A DNA stretch of 64,000 nucleotides, taken from Botryllus schlosseri (Eukaryota). The stretch spans positions 25,670,001-25,734,000 of the forward strand of contig CM119372.1 of NCBI GenBank assembly GCA_051294905.1, in the 5' to 3' direction. Below, piece by piece: positions 53,149 to 64,000 of the stretch. Each line of letters opens with the position of its first letter. Position 1 is the first letter of the stretch. The notes beneath the pieces were generated by a model. That model was not told the origin of the DNA. It searched no databases and worked only from the letters and a program-made list of their open reading frames with translations. The translations under genes were made by a program, and so were the position numbers.

Positions 53149-54363
53149 AATTATGTATGCTTTTTTGTTGAGGGGGAGACGTATGCATTCCAAAATCAAG
53201 AGGGAATTTTCAAGTTAATTAAATCTCTCGAGAATACTCTATAATTTATGTTGGTTTACGAAATAGTTTTGAGCCCCCTTCGAGCTCGCTCCCTACCCTA
53301 TTGGAAAATTTGGGGCTGCGGCAGTCATGGACCTGGCAAGAATGCAAGTCGTTGGGTGCGGTTAATCGTCCTTTATAAAAATCGGCAATATGTACATTAT
53401 GACGTAACAAGCAAATAACGCATCATATTTAAAAATAAGTTTGTTATCTCATTAGGTCTTTTCAGCGCAATCCATATATTGTCTTCCAATATAACTTCTA
53501 AAATGCAAAATAAATGTAATCGTGAGTAATCGTGATTACTTTTCCAATGTAATCGTAATCGTAATCGACTACTTCCTGATTTTGCTGTAATCGTAATCGT
53601 AATCGCGTCATTTGGAAGTAATCGTAATCGAAATCGATTACATTCATGAAGTAATCACCCAATGTCTGGTCACCACTGTATCGACGGACTGATATATTCA
53701 TGTATATCCAGAGGTGGTCAGTAACGAAGTACTTCTACTTTTTTGAAGTAGTTTCCAGCTACTTGCGGTACTTACTCAAGTAAATCTGATTTCCGTTACT
53801 CCTACTTCTACTTCGTAAAATTTTGGGATCTACTTACTTACTTCTCGCTATTTTCAGTTTGTCAAGTAGAAGTAGTGTAATCCTCCAATCAGAAAGATAG
53901 CCTGACAAATTTTGGGGCTGTTTTTGCGGAGTACCAACATTTAATTTTCATAAAAGTTGAATTAAGACCGAAATTTTCGTCGCGCTTCGCGCACGGTACC
54001 TATATTGAGTGACAAATATGTTTTCGCGAAAGTATCGGTGAATGTACTTTAGGTAGTGGTTTGTGTGGTTCCGTTCACGTCGCATTGTCGCCCATATGAA
54101 ATATTTCATCATAGTATATATTACCCATACGTTTGAAACTACCGTTTCGCAATCTACCAATTACCTATCATATCGTAATCTATAGCAGCCCATGGCGTGT
54201 GTCGTAATCTGGAAAAGTATGGACTGTGACTTTTTTTGTGAATTAGACCTGTTTTAGCAGAACACCGTTGAAACTTTTTGGACATAAGACATAAAATATA
54301 TTTTCCGCTATTTGGAAAAAGTATTGGTATTTCTCTTTCTATTCCCAGTGTCATACTTTAAGT

Positions 54364-54646
54364 CAGTGGTTCCCAACGTTGGCGATTTGGCGGTCTAGGG
54401 GTGCGAGAACGGACGAAGGGGACGAAAATAACGAAGGGGCGATGGCGCGTTAAAACGGTCAACTCACGAAAATTTAGCTGTAAAAGTGTGATTTGGAGGT
54501 CGAGCCGAAAAGTTGACTTTTTTTAAATTAACTCGCCGGTGATTACAGTTTGTATGCCCATTTTTCGGTTTCCAATATTTGGGGAGCGATGATCGGTGTG
54601 GAGCTGGAAAAGGGGGCGATGAGTCGAAAAAGGTTGGGAACCACTG
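54364..54646. mobile_element. hAT Charlie-like MITE nested in 53709-55527
   Basis: TIR CAGTGGTTCCCAAC / GTTGGGAACCACTG; TSD CTTTAAGT/CGTTAAGT. Confidence 0.9.
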
Positions 54647-54937
54647 CGTTAAGTTCTGACTAGTTTCAGGTCTTTTATTCTTGAGATCATGCATGATGAA
54701 GTATTAAAGCAAGTGTAGTAATGCCTCTATTTTCCGAAAATATAGCTACATTATATATGACATTTTTATGATCCGATATATAATTTTATTAACGTATACT
54801 AATCGCTCAAAGTGTTAACACCGTATCCGATACACCTTCTCCATATTGCTCTTCGACTAAACTATGGGCCTTATAATTTGGGGGAGGGCGCTAGGTCATG
54901 GTATGTTCTAAAACGGGGCATTCGAGTAAGCATAGGA

Positions 54938-55183
54938 TTATCGATCTCGCTTTCCATGACATGCCGCCATATTTCTTGTCGCTTCTTTTTTCTATAGTAT
55001 CTTCTCTACTTTCATTCAGCGTGCATGCCTCCTCTTTACATCGCCTAGGCCAAGGTGGGTGTCTGATTCCATAGACTACTCCAAGTCGCTTCGTCATCTT
55101 CCTGTCTTTTCATTGTATCGCATTTTTGTGGTGTATGGAACTGATAAAATCGCTAATAAACCAATGATGATGATGATGATGAT
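54938..55183 (+). mobile_element. 3'UTR-only copy of the CR1/L2-group LINE
   Basis: Matches the reverse complement of 41250-41305 plus 38995-39130; ends AATAAACCA(ATG)n. Confidence 0.85.
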
Positions 55184-56583
55184 AGTATCGCATTTCCATA
55201 TCAACACTATCATTTGCATCACATGATGCGGACGAATGGTTATGCTGTCAAAAATTGATACCTCCTGGGATGCATCAATGTGAATCAAGCTCTACACCTT
55301 CCGCATTGCTCAATTTGCAGCTTTTGACAGTCCATGCGAACGAATTACGACCGTTTTCACAGCTACATACTTACTTGAGTAGATTTAAAGTCTGTCAAAT
55401 CTACTTCTACTTCAAGTAGTTTAGGCTGCTTTTATAATAAGTACTTCTACTAGTACTTGAGTAAATTTTTGCGTCGCTACTTCTACTTCTACTTGAGTAG
55501 CTTTATTGACTACTTTGACCACCTCTGTGTATATCCCAACGTCTGTGATCATGCGATAGAACATTAGTTATCGTAACTCGGATTATTTGCGTGACTGACA
55601 TCTACGAAATCTTCGAAATCTTGATATTAGACCTTGACAAAACCTAGACAGGACGGTTAATGGATGGTTCAAGATTACATTACACGCTGTATCAATTTGC
55701 AGTATTCGGCAAGGACAGAGATGAACTGGGCAATGTATTGCTTGTATACTTTTATATGTTCAAATATAGATGTAGAACACAAGGCGGGGTGAACTAGTTT
55801 TCCTCTGCCTCCAATAGCCCCCATTCTGCCTTCGATGATGAAATTGCTACAATATCATATCAAAAAGTTATTAATTAAGCCCCAAGTTAAGTGGGAACGG
55901 GAACCCCTTCAGTATTCCTAGCGAAAAACGTGTGTATTAACACCCTTGTATACCACCCGTGGAATACGGGTGTGAATATACACCCGTGGTCCACGAAATC
56001 AAAACATACCTCAGACTTACAACGCGGTATATATAAAATACAACATTTTAATCCAAATTATGCTTGCACGTATGAACGTAGGACGGTATATGCACGACTT
56101 AGAGATGTATAATTGTATATACGGATCATGGTTTTTCGGTGTCCAGATCCAATTCTGTTTGAAAAAATGGAATCCTGATCCGACCCGGATCCTGTTTCCG
56201 TCTTAAATATTAAAATCCGGATCAAAAACTATCCTGCTCAAGATTGAGCATTTATTGTCCCCGTAGTCGATATTTTTCTAATTATGCCTCCAGCACTGTA
56301 TTGCAGTTTGCTATTAAGGATTTTTCAAAATTTGCGGTGCGATGCTGAAGCCAGTCGGGTCATATAAAACACCAAAGTAAACAAATAGAAAGTCACTTTC
56401 GTGTAGCAAAAAGTTAGAATCCTGTCCTGATCCGGATCCGGCAGCTTGGTGAGCATATAGCTTGAAATATTCCATATACATCCCCTGTAAAATTCACCGA
56501 TACAGATTTAGCATAGACGCATCTACCCGTGGAGCAATGTATAGTGTCAAATCCGTCATGTGGTCAAAATCAACTGGCATTAC

Positions 56584-56806
56584 CAGTTTTATTTACGCGA
56601 CGGAAGTCTAACGGAGCGCCAAAAAAGCATCCGCAACCTCCCAGGCAACAACCGGCAACAACAGCAATGAGTAGCACGTATGCGAAAACCCTGTAAACGC
56701 GACTGAAGTCCGATAATGCGTCGTACATCGACTTGGCAGTTTGCGATTCGGCTTTTCCGCCAAATTCTACAGGACGCATGCACGCATGTTGCTCATTCAT
56801 CTCTTC
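56584..56806 (-). CDS. Candidate host coding exon with a hydrophobic signal or anchor segment
   Basis: Acceptor TTATTCGTTTCCAG| and donor ACTG|GTAATG. Open frame EEMNEQHACMRP...RVYRVFAYVLLIAVVAGCCLGGCGCFFGAPLDFRRVNKT. The sequence is GC-richer and unique within the window. Confidence 0.4.
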
Positions 56807-56979
56807 CTGGAAACGAATAAGTAATATCATTCTCGTACATAACAAATGATGAAATAGCCCCGTGAGACCTCGCCTAACATTATCGCTTATTTACTCAAAG
56901 TGAATTTCTGATCAGGATTCCATGCATAATATCACGTTGATGGTGATTTTATACTCGAACTGTGATCCTCATCGCTAAC

Positions 56980-57114
56980 CTCACTGCGACCGCAGTGTAT
57001 GAAAAGCCCTGAGTGAAGGTGAGCCGAGCCAAAAAATCGGCAGTGGATAGGAAGATAAGGACGCATGAAAAATGAGGCAGCCCATGGTAAAAGAGTGTTA
57101 GTGTGAAAAGTCGT
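56980..57114 (-). other. Candidate upstream exon (5'UTR or coding) of the same transcript
   Basis: Long pyrimidine acceptor TTGTCTTTGCTTTCCGTCTGCTTCCAG| and donor GAG|GTTAG. 135 bp, open in the frame that continues into 56806 across a 173-bp GT-AG intron. Confidence 0.35.
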
Positions 57115-58485
57115 CTGGAAGCAGACGGAAAGCAAAGACAATTAATATTACACATGTGGCGTGGCGCACACGACCTTAATAGGCGAAAAGCGCCACTGTT
57201 GTGTCAATACTGGGAATGTATATTCTGAATTGTGGTCGAGAACAGCTGCAGACGTGGTCCGTAAGAACTTTAGTAGTGGGTGATTTGCACGGGAATCACT
57301 GTCATAATTTGGCTACATAGCAATGCGTAACATAATTACCAGGCGGTGCCTATATATTCGAGGTTCATTTATTTATTGAGTCATATTATGAATTTGAGAC
57401 AGATGGGCTTTATGAGGTGATAACTATAGGGTGATTATTTTGAGACCTAAAACAAGGATGATTTTGAACTGGAAAATCAAAATTTTGACATTTTTGGACA
57501 ATAAAAAACTAACTTGCGACAAAAATTCGCGCTGAAATATTAAAATTAGGCATTGTTGCACATAACGTTAGAATTGTAGTAAAACTCTCTGTTCTTGCTA
57601 AGTAGCATAGCAAGAATAGAGAAAAACATTTATCAGCAGCAATTGCTGGCTGGGAGCATTGAATTTCAGTGTATAACTGCATACTGCCGGAGCCCTATGG
57701 TAACAGACATGTTGCTTGATACCGACAATGTTGTCTCGACCTTTTTAGACCGCAACCCAATCTTAGTTTTGTGAACATCTCGCGATCCACCCATACGTTG
57801 AGAACAACTGTGCTATAAGAACCAATGTCCATGTCAAGCTTCAGATTCAGATTTGAGATATCGGCATGAGCTTGTAACAATTGCTGATCAACTTAAAATT
57901 TCACTCGTTTATTTTATAGGTGTGATGATCACCATGCGTAGGCCCCGCGCAATGTCAACTTATTTGTGTCATTCGATGGTTTATGATTCACAATGAGTAC
58001 ACAATGGGCCATCTTCAACAGCAGGCCTATAAAGTAGGCTACAAGATGTAAAATGTCAAGTGATAAGTTCACCGATAGTGCAGCCTCTACGATACCAACG
58101 AAATCCAGTTTGCAAAAAATAATTGACTATATAAACCTAACGGTAGGATTTTGACAACATTTTGACTTTCTGGTAATGTCAAAAAGTAATCGCCCTAGTG
58201 CAACGGTGGGCATTTATTTTCCTCCGTGGGCCAAATGAGAAAAATAAATACGTTGGCGGGCCGAGTGAAAATTTGTATCTATATTCTCAAGAGTATTGTA
58301 ATTTCATTTCCAAATTACATTGTTGATAAATGCTGCTCAGCGAATGTGTTGATATTAGGTAATGAGAAAGTGACGGTTATTTAAAAAAAATTATATTTGC
58401 TGTCATGAATCGAAAGAATGTTAGACATGATACATTTTAGCTCCCTTTAAACCCCTATCCACGTTCTTCTATTAACACTCTAAAA

Positions 58486-58797
58486 CAGTGGTTCTAAAAC
58501 TCTTTTTTAGGCACGCCTCCATTTATGATAGAGAACAATTTCGCGCCCGCTTACCATGATATCACAAAATATTTAAAAATTGCAACCAGAATGCTAGCAA
58601 TCCCAACGGATGGTTTTATGGCATGGAAGATTGTGGCAGTTGAGGAGAGAATTCTGAAATATCAAAGTAGTCCGACAATACACAGAGCAACAACTAAAAG
58701 CCGGGGTATATCGCGCGAAGCGCGAAAACTTTTTCTACAACTTCGGCTTCTCGCCACCCTTCTGATGTTTTGACGTCATCCAGTTCGAGAACCACTG
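58486..58797. mobile_element. hAT Charlie-like MITE
   Basis: CAGTGGTTCT / AGAACCACTG; TSD CTCTAAAA/CACTCAAA (6/8). Confidence 0.75.
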
Positions 58798-58935
58798 CAC
58801 TCAAACGTATATGCAATTGTACAAAGCATATTTTCTTGGCCGCTGCCTTCCGAGCATTGTGCATGTGCAGGGTTGTTCAGAATTGATCGACTTTCAAAAT
58901 GTAGTGGTTTTCAGTCCGATTCCCATGCCTTATAC

Positions 58936-60461
58936 CAGGGGTGGGCAACATACGGCCCGCGGGCCGGATCCGGCCCGCGAAGGGATTTTTTCCGGCCCGC
59001 GGACAGTTTTCCGTTTTATATGATAATGTGGCCCGCGGCTGCAGCCTGCCGAAATACCCCGCTACTTACCTACTACGTCAAATTTTAGTGAATATGCTAT
59101 TTGTAAGCGCAGCGTGCGAGTGGAACTTGCGCCTAAGTTCTTCGAAGCGAGAACACTTGCATTATCGGCATTTGCGATGTACTCAACCCCAATATCGTTT
59201 GTGGTAATCATGGTGTTTGTAGACTACAATGGTCATTTACACCAGACCGATATTTCTAATTTTTGATTCCGTAACCGCCAACTTGTAGGCTTTTGTAATG
59301 CAACGCTTATGCCAGGGGTCGCCAACTCAAAACGGGTCGCGGGCCACTTTTCAAATTTTGTAGATGCCGCGGTCCGCACGAATTGAATATCGAGATAAAT
59401 AAGGCCACACAGGTAAACAACGTCGCTATCTCATCACCTACTCAGCCCTAATGAATTGATATCTTGGTAAATTTGGGGTGCCGGGCTTATCGAACGCCTT
59501 GAAATATTAATAATAGATTGCACCGTAAGTTGATTGATCACAGCATAGTGTCCTATATGGTGTCTTCACAAGCAAATCTCACGGCTCAGTGACATTGGTC
59601 TACGTCACACTTTTCCTTTGGTCAAAGGCAATTTGACGGTCATTTTTGACCGGCTTGCCAAGCATTAAAATTGATAAAACTGGTATCAATCGAAAGCTGC
59701 CGCGGTACTGATTGCGAAAATATAAATTGTATTCTGCTCGTGGTCATGGAACCCCCAAAATCAGCTTCGAATCTTGCATTATAACGGAGATTGGTATTGT
59801 GACGCAACCATGCCGTCTGGGAGCAGGGGAGGAGCAGAGTAAACCGCAAGCATATTGACCATTGTTGCGCAACCGATTGAGCATTCACATTCTTACTCTC
59901 GTGCGCGCTTGCTCCTGAGCTGCTCAGATGTGGCATGGCTGCGTCACAATACCAAACTCCGTTACAATGCAACATTGCGGGCTGATTTTTTTTTTGGGGG
60001 GGCAGAACCTCGAGCAGAATAGAATTTATATTTTTTGGCAGCCAGCGCCGCGGTAGCTTTCGATCGATACCAGTTTTATCAAATCTAATGCTCGGCAAGC
60101 CGGTCAAAAACTACCGTCAAATTGCCTTTGACCAAATGGAAAGTGCGACGAAGAGCAATTTCATTGAGCCGTCAGATTTGATTGTGTTCACACCATATAG
60201 GACACTATGATCAAAGAGAAGCAGAGATGGCAGCGTCTGTATGACAATGCAGTTCCCAAATCCAAATTAAATCCTCGTCGTTATTGGCGAGAAATAGCTT
60301 TGAAGGGACATTGCTGTCGTTAAAATACTATCGTTAAATACGATTTATTCCTTGTATATGTGGATAAATGGGCGAATAATGTATCGATTCAGCAATCCGG
60401 CCCGCCAAGTACTTGATTTTCCTATATCCGGCCCGCCGACTGGAGAAGTTGCCCGCCCCTG
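58936..60461. mobile_element. hAT Charlie-like element containing a SINE piece, another hAT end and a foldback element
   Basis: TIR CAGGGGTGGGCAAC / GTTGCCCGCCCCTG; perfect TSD CCTTATAC. Confidence 0.9.
59544..60209. mobile_element. 666-bp foldback (near fully palindromic) element
   Basis: Arms start CATAGTGTCCTATATGGTG / CACCATATAGGACACTATG and align for about 290 bp; 7-bp flank duplication ATCACAG/ATCAAAG. Confidence 0.9.
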
Positions 60462-61330
60462 CCTTATACCATAAAAACATATTCTAGGTACTTTTTTTCG
60501 TAATTCATCCCATGCATCCGTGTGCACATTGAGCTGGAAGAATATCGGCTAAAAATAGGGGATTCCCCTAAAATTTGAGTGTCGCTATTCGGACTAGGCT
60601 AGTAAAACGTCATATATAAGCTGGTTTAATGTAGCTATTGCGGTTGGAGTGCTACTTAACCTCACTATAGAAAGTATTGTCAGTTCAGGACACCATTTTC
60701 ATGTCCCACACTGCCTTAGAACTCCTCAAAACTGCCTAAGACTGATAGTCATTTTGTTGGATCACCTATCCTACACTCCTCAACCCTACCCGAGATTGTT
60801 CATCAATTGCCGGGATCACCACGTGCAAGAATACAACTGTAAATGTATCATTCACTCACAGCCACATTATAAACATCACATTGTTCAAAGGAAACGAAAC
60901 AAAAAGGCAAAGAAACAGATCAACTTGGCCCTTTGCATTGGGATACAAAGCTCACTAGAAGTCGTTTCGGAGGTAAATTTGAGGCCTTGGCAGTGCTGGC
61001 ATATAGTCTGCGTATTCCAACGCATTTGAGAAAGGCAAACTTGGTGCATGTCCATGCGCAGCTTGAATGGCCTTTACGTTGAGCGAAGTTTGCAGTTTTT
61101 CTGAACCCCTGGCCGAGTGTTTCATGTTTCCGTCATAAAACCGACATTAATTAAAGTCTTGAATCTCGGCGACGTGCTCGGCAAAAACTGAAAGGACGCG
61201 AATATTTAGTGCTCTAAATTCTAAACCTAAACCTTCTTTGAATTTCAGTTTTAGGCTTTGTTTTTTTGGCCTGCCCGTTAATCCTTTATGGGTGATAGAT
61301 ATGATCAGTCATATAGTAATCGCGAGCACT

Positions 61331-61592
61331 GAGAGAGAGAGAGAGAGAGAATGGGGGTATTCAGTTTCGTCTGCACCATCGAGATCCTTTTGACGACGGA
61401 GATGCGATTCGACCGTAAGGTCATCTAGTCAGCACCCCCGCTTCTTTTTCTCCTCCATGCTATCCGTGGATGTCGAGCGCCTAGCAGGATAGCGGCGGAT
61501 ACCAGTTTTCGAGTCTTTGGTCTGAGCCGGCCGGGAATCGAACCCACGATGTACCGATCAAGTAGTCGAACGCATCAGCATTACACTATCTT
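61331..61592 (-). mobile_element. Second tRNA-derived SINE with Meta-domain-like core and (TC)n tail
   Basis: Minus strand: B box GGTTCGATTCC, then CGGCCGGCTCAGACCAAAGACTCGAAAACTGGTATCCGCCGCTATCCTGCTAGGCGCTCG. (GA)10 at 61331-61350 is the tail. Confidence 0.7.
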
Positions 61593-62307
61593 GTACTGAT
61601 TGAATTGTTTTACGAATTAGGGATTGGAAAATTCGTCACGTAACAAATGGAAACACATACCGTATAAAGCGTAATCCGAAAATGGCAACAAGGAAGGTTT
61701 AAACTAAACTATATGGAAAGAGTGATTTCTTGTGGCTTCAATTGCTACCCATACTTTCCCACATTGCCTTTATTTTGAATGTAGATTACGCTGCCTACGT
61801 ACCTGGCATGCGTGGCATATTAATGAACAGACATCAAAGTAAACGAATTTCCTGCCTATATGGTTTTATTCATTTAAAAAGCAAGTTTTATGTTTTGAAT
61901 TTTAAGCAACCTTTCGCGGGCCGCACAGAATAGCTTCGCGGGCCGCATTTGGCCCGCGGGCCGCACTTTGCCCAGGTCTGCCCTAGTGATAACGTTTTCA
62001 ACATATTCTGGTACTGAGACACATTGCATAGAGCAGAGGCCACCAACGCGGTGCCCGCGGGCCCCAGGTAGCCCGCGAGGACTAGATGAGTAGCCCGCGA
62101 GCCTGTTCTAGAAATAGATCGAATAGCAGCATTTACTGATGTTTGTCAGATTATTACAGTGAGCTTTTAAATATATAGATTGAATGATTTAGCTATTCTT
62201 GTTTGAATCACACTGACATGTAACTTACAAATGAGAATACATATATATAAACACTTAAAATAATGATATCGTCGACGATGATATCGATGATGATGACGAT
62301 GATGATA

Positions 62308-62525
62308 TCCAGACTTCCTACCTAAATGTTGGAGGTTTATAGGATCTCCCTCGCCATCTCATCCGCGTAAGCGCCTAAGCGGTGTCTTATAATAGCCGAG
62401 AAGTAGGCCATTCTACAAGTCGGCACTCGGCAGCTATGGAATTAAAATGAAGAAAATTGGCCTGGTGTAAATGACCATAGTGGTCGACAAACACCATGAA
62501 TGCCACAAACCCAGCAAACACAAAA
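62308..62525 (+). mobile_element. 5'-truncated copy of the first SINE family
   Basis: Aligns to the reverse complement of 18840-19040. Confidence 0.82.
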
Positions 62526-62793
62526 CCGTAAAAGGATCATCCGGGATCATCTCGATTAGGTTCTGATTTTCTAAGTGTCGAGGGAATTTCCAAAATACGT
62601 AGTAGGATGGTCTTGTGGTTATATTCAATCAGAGTAAATTCATACTCGGTGTTGTTCCATCTCATGCATTAGGCTTCGTTATATCCGGTAGTTAACCTAA
62701 TAATGCAAATTTTCTATCTCTCGCTGGTATGACTAAAATACGTAGAAAGGATGACTTTGTCGGTACATTCAATGATATATATATCATTGGTAC

Positions 62794-63197
62794 TGTAACA
62801 TCCTGGGAATTGATTAATGTAATGGGTCAGTGATCGCATTGTTTTGTCACAGTTGATTGGCTAGTGTGAGCTTTCTTCGTGGAAGCTGGTAGAATGTTCT
62901 TTGCGTTTTTGGCTGCACGTGGTTTGAAGTGCGCGGTCATACGGTAGGGAGCTTGGGAATGCTCTTCTGTTGTGTAGTCGTACTTGTGATGTAGCGTAGT
63001 ACCTGTTTATGTCTGTGAGGTACTGATTGGAGTATTTGGTTGTATTAAGTGGCTTGGCATTAAATTCGTAATTTGTAAATACTCCTGGGTGTACTTGATG
63101 GCATGCTGGTGGTAGCGGGTCGCCGTCGAGAGGGTTTCTGAACCGAAGAACAACGACGTCCCTGTTAGGTCGACAGCGCCGTATCAGGGTCGCTACA
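62794..63197 (+). mobile_element. Putative 5' LTR (404 bp) of an LTR retroelement
   Basis: TGTAACATCCTG...CAGGGTCGCTACA (TG...CA with short imperfect inverted ends); ATTAAA at about 63059; followed 3 nt later by a PBS. The left boundary is inferred and the 3' LTR is outside the window. Confidence 0.65.
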
Positions 63198-63200
63198 ATT

Positions 63201-63217
63201 TGGCGAGCACGCCAGGA
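63201..63217 (+). promoter_or_regulatory. Primer binding site, tRNA-Arg(ACG)-like
   Basis: TGGCGAGCACGCCAGGA; its reverse complement TCCTGGCGTGCTCGCCA resembles the 3' end of metazoan tRNA-Arg(ACG), recalled as TCCTGGCTGGCTCGCCA. Confidence 0.7.
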
Positions 63218-63247
63218 CCTCTCTTTGATGGTGACGGTTGGAAAGAT

Positions 63248-64000
63248 ATGGTTTGGAAAGCATCCGGATCGAAGCAGTTATGCTGTGGGGATGATAACCA
63301 GTATCTTTCGGAAAAGCTACGAGTAGGCATCAAGGAACACAATGAACGGATGGACAGGATGCAGCAAGAGTTTGAAAGGAGCAAGGAGAGGGAGCGACAG
63401 TTGGGGTTAACTGTTCTCCCTGGATTAGATGCTATCCTTGGTGGGCTGCTATCGGTGAGAACGAGTCTTCGGAGACGGAAGACTGGAAGTGATGGCTCAG
63501 GTTCTCTGAAGAGCTCGCGTGAAGAAATTGCTGCAGTGCCTGGTGTTACCAAATCTGTCGGGTTGCCACGGAAGCCGGGTGGCGGAAAGCGAGGTGTCGT
63601 TCGCGGAAAAGACAGATTCGGGGAAGCCGGTGTTTGTAAACGCAAACAGGAATGTGCTGCTGATAGAGTCGTGAAAGGCAACGGGTCGAGTTTGCCTGGG
63701 ACCGAGCAGTATGGAGGGAACTGTCGCGGTGACGATGACAGATGGAAGGCTGATGCTGCTGCTGTTACGGCTGTCTCGACGGTACGATCAGGGCTGATCG
63801 TGGAAGGCAACGGGTCGTGTTTGCCTGGGGCTGAGCAGGATGGAGAGATCTGTCGCGGTGACGATGACAGATGGAAAGCTGATGCTGCTGCTGTTGAGGC
63901 TGTTTCGACGGTACGATCAGCGCTGATCGTGGAAGGCAATGGGTCGTGTTTGCCTGGGGCTGAGCAGCACGGAGAAGTCTGTCGCGGGGACGATGACAGA
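63248..64000 (+). CDS. ORF in gag position, at least 251 aa, open to the window end; product unrecognised
   Basis: ATG at 63248, MVWKASGSKQLCCGDDNQYLSEKLRVGIKEHNERMDRMQQEFERSKERERQLG..., with no stop to 64000 (absent from the ORF track). Contains 129-bp/43-aa repeats. Confidence 0.65.
   Translation, partial: MVWKASGSKQLCCGDDNQYLSEKLRVGIKEHNERMDRMQQEFERSKERERQLGLTVLPGLDAILGGLLSVRTSLRRRKTGSDGSGSLKSSREEIAAVPGVTKSVGLPRKPGGGKRGVVRGKDRFGEAGVCKRKQECAADRVVKGNGSSLPGTEQYGGNCRGDDDRWKADAAAVTAVSTVRSGLIVEGNGSCLPGAEQDGEICRGDDDRWKADAAAVEAVSTVRSALIVEGNGSCLPGAEQHGEVCRGDDDR
63670..64000 (+). repeat. 129-bp coding tandem repeat (at least 2.5 units)
   Basis: Units start at 63670, 63799 and 63928; consensus peptide VEGNGSCLPGAEQxGExCRGDDDRWKADAAAVxAVSTVRSxLI. 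Confidence 0.95.

Larger units (their letters stand above)
50047..53668. mobile_element. 3.6-kb hAT element with GTAATC subterminal arrays and nested inserts
   Basis: TIR CAGACATGGGGT / ACCCAATGTCTG; perfect TSD GTCACCAC; (GTAATC)n/GATTAC at both ends. Confidence 0.92.
53709..55527. mobile_element. hAT element with TACTTC subterminal arrays
   Basis: TIR CAGAGGTGGTCA / TGACCACCTCTG; perfect TSD TGTATATC. Confidence 0.92.
58201..61980. mobile_element. 3.8-kb hAT Charlie-like element with nested inserts
   Basis: Imperfect TIRs CAACGGTGGGCA / TGCCCAGGTCTG; perfect TSD CCCTAGTG; GCGGGCCG motifs near both ends. Confidence 0.75.

Noticed and set aside
53498..53701. ORF with DYDYDY/RLRLR repeats
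   Set aside because: Translation of the (GTAATC)n subterminal array.
59640..60107. 155-aa ORF
   Set aside because: Lies wholly inside the palindromic element, has no recognisable motif and starts at a non-ATG codon.
63193..63939. 248-aa minus-strand ORF from the track
   Set aside because: It is antisense to the plus-strand ORF that follows the PBS and shares its wobble positions; most likely a shadow frame extended by the repeat.

Overview
Eukaryotic, AT-rich DNA, most likely from an invertebrate animal; the species cannot be determined from sequence alone. The window is dominated by transposable elements. There are more than 25 non-autonomous hAT-type elements with TIRs, most with 8-bp TSDs, and many are nested, up to five levels deep at 38.8-42.2 kb. 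Other elements are two Chapaev3-type (CMC superfamily) deletion derivatives carrying largely complementary transposase parts, a multi-copy tRNA-derived SINE, a second SINE with a Meta-like core, CR1/L2-group LINE 3' remnants and a 666-bp foldback element. A recent 582-bp tandem duplication is present. At the right edge is the 5' LTR and PBS of an LTR retroelement, followed by an open ORF with 43-aa tandem repeats. Two candidate minus-strand host exons lie near 56.6-57.1 kb. I found no prokaryotic-type system, CRISPR array, rRNA or intact tRNA. Most short ORFs in the supplied track look like chance ORFs or TE fragments. All alignments were done by eye and family assignments come from recalled motifs, not database searches.
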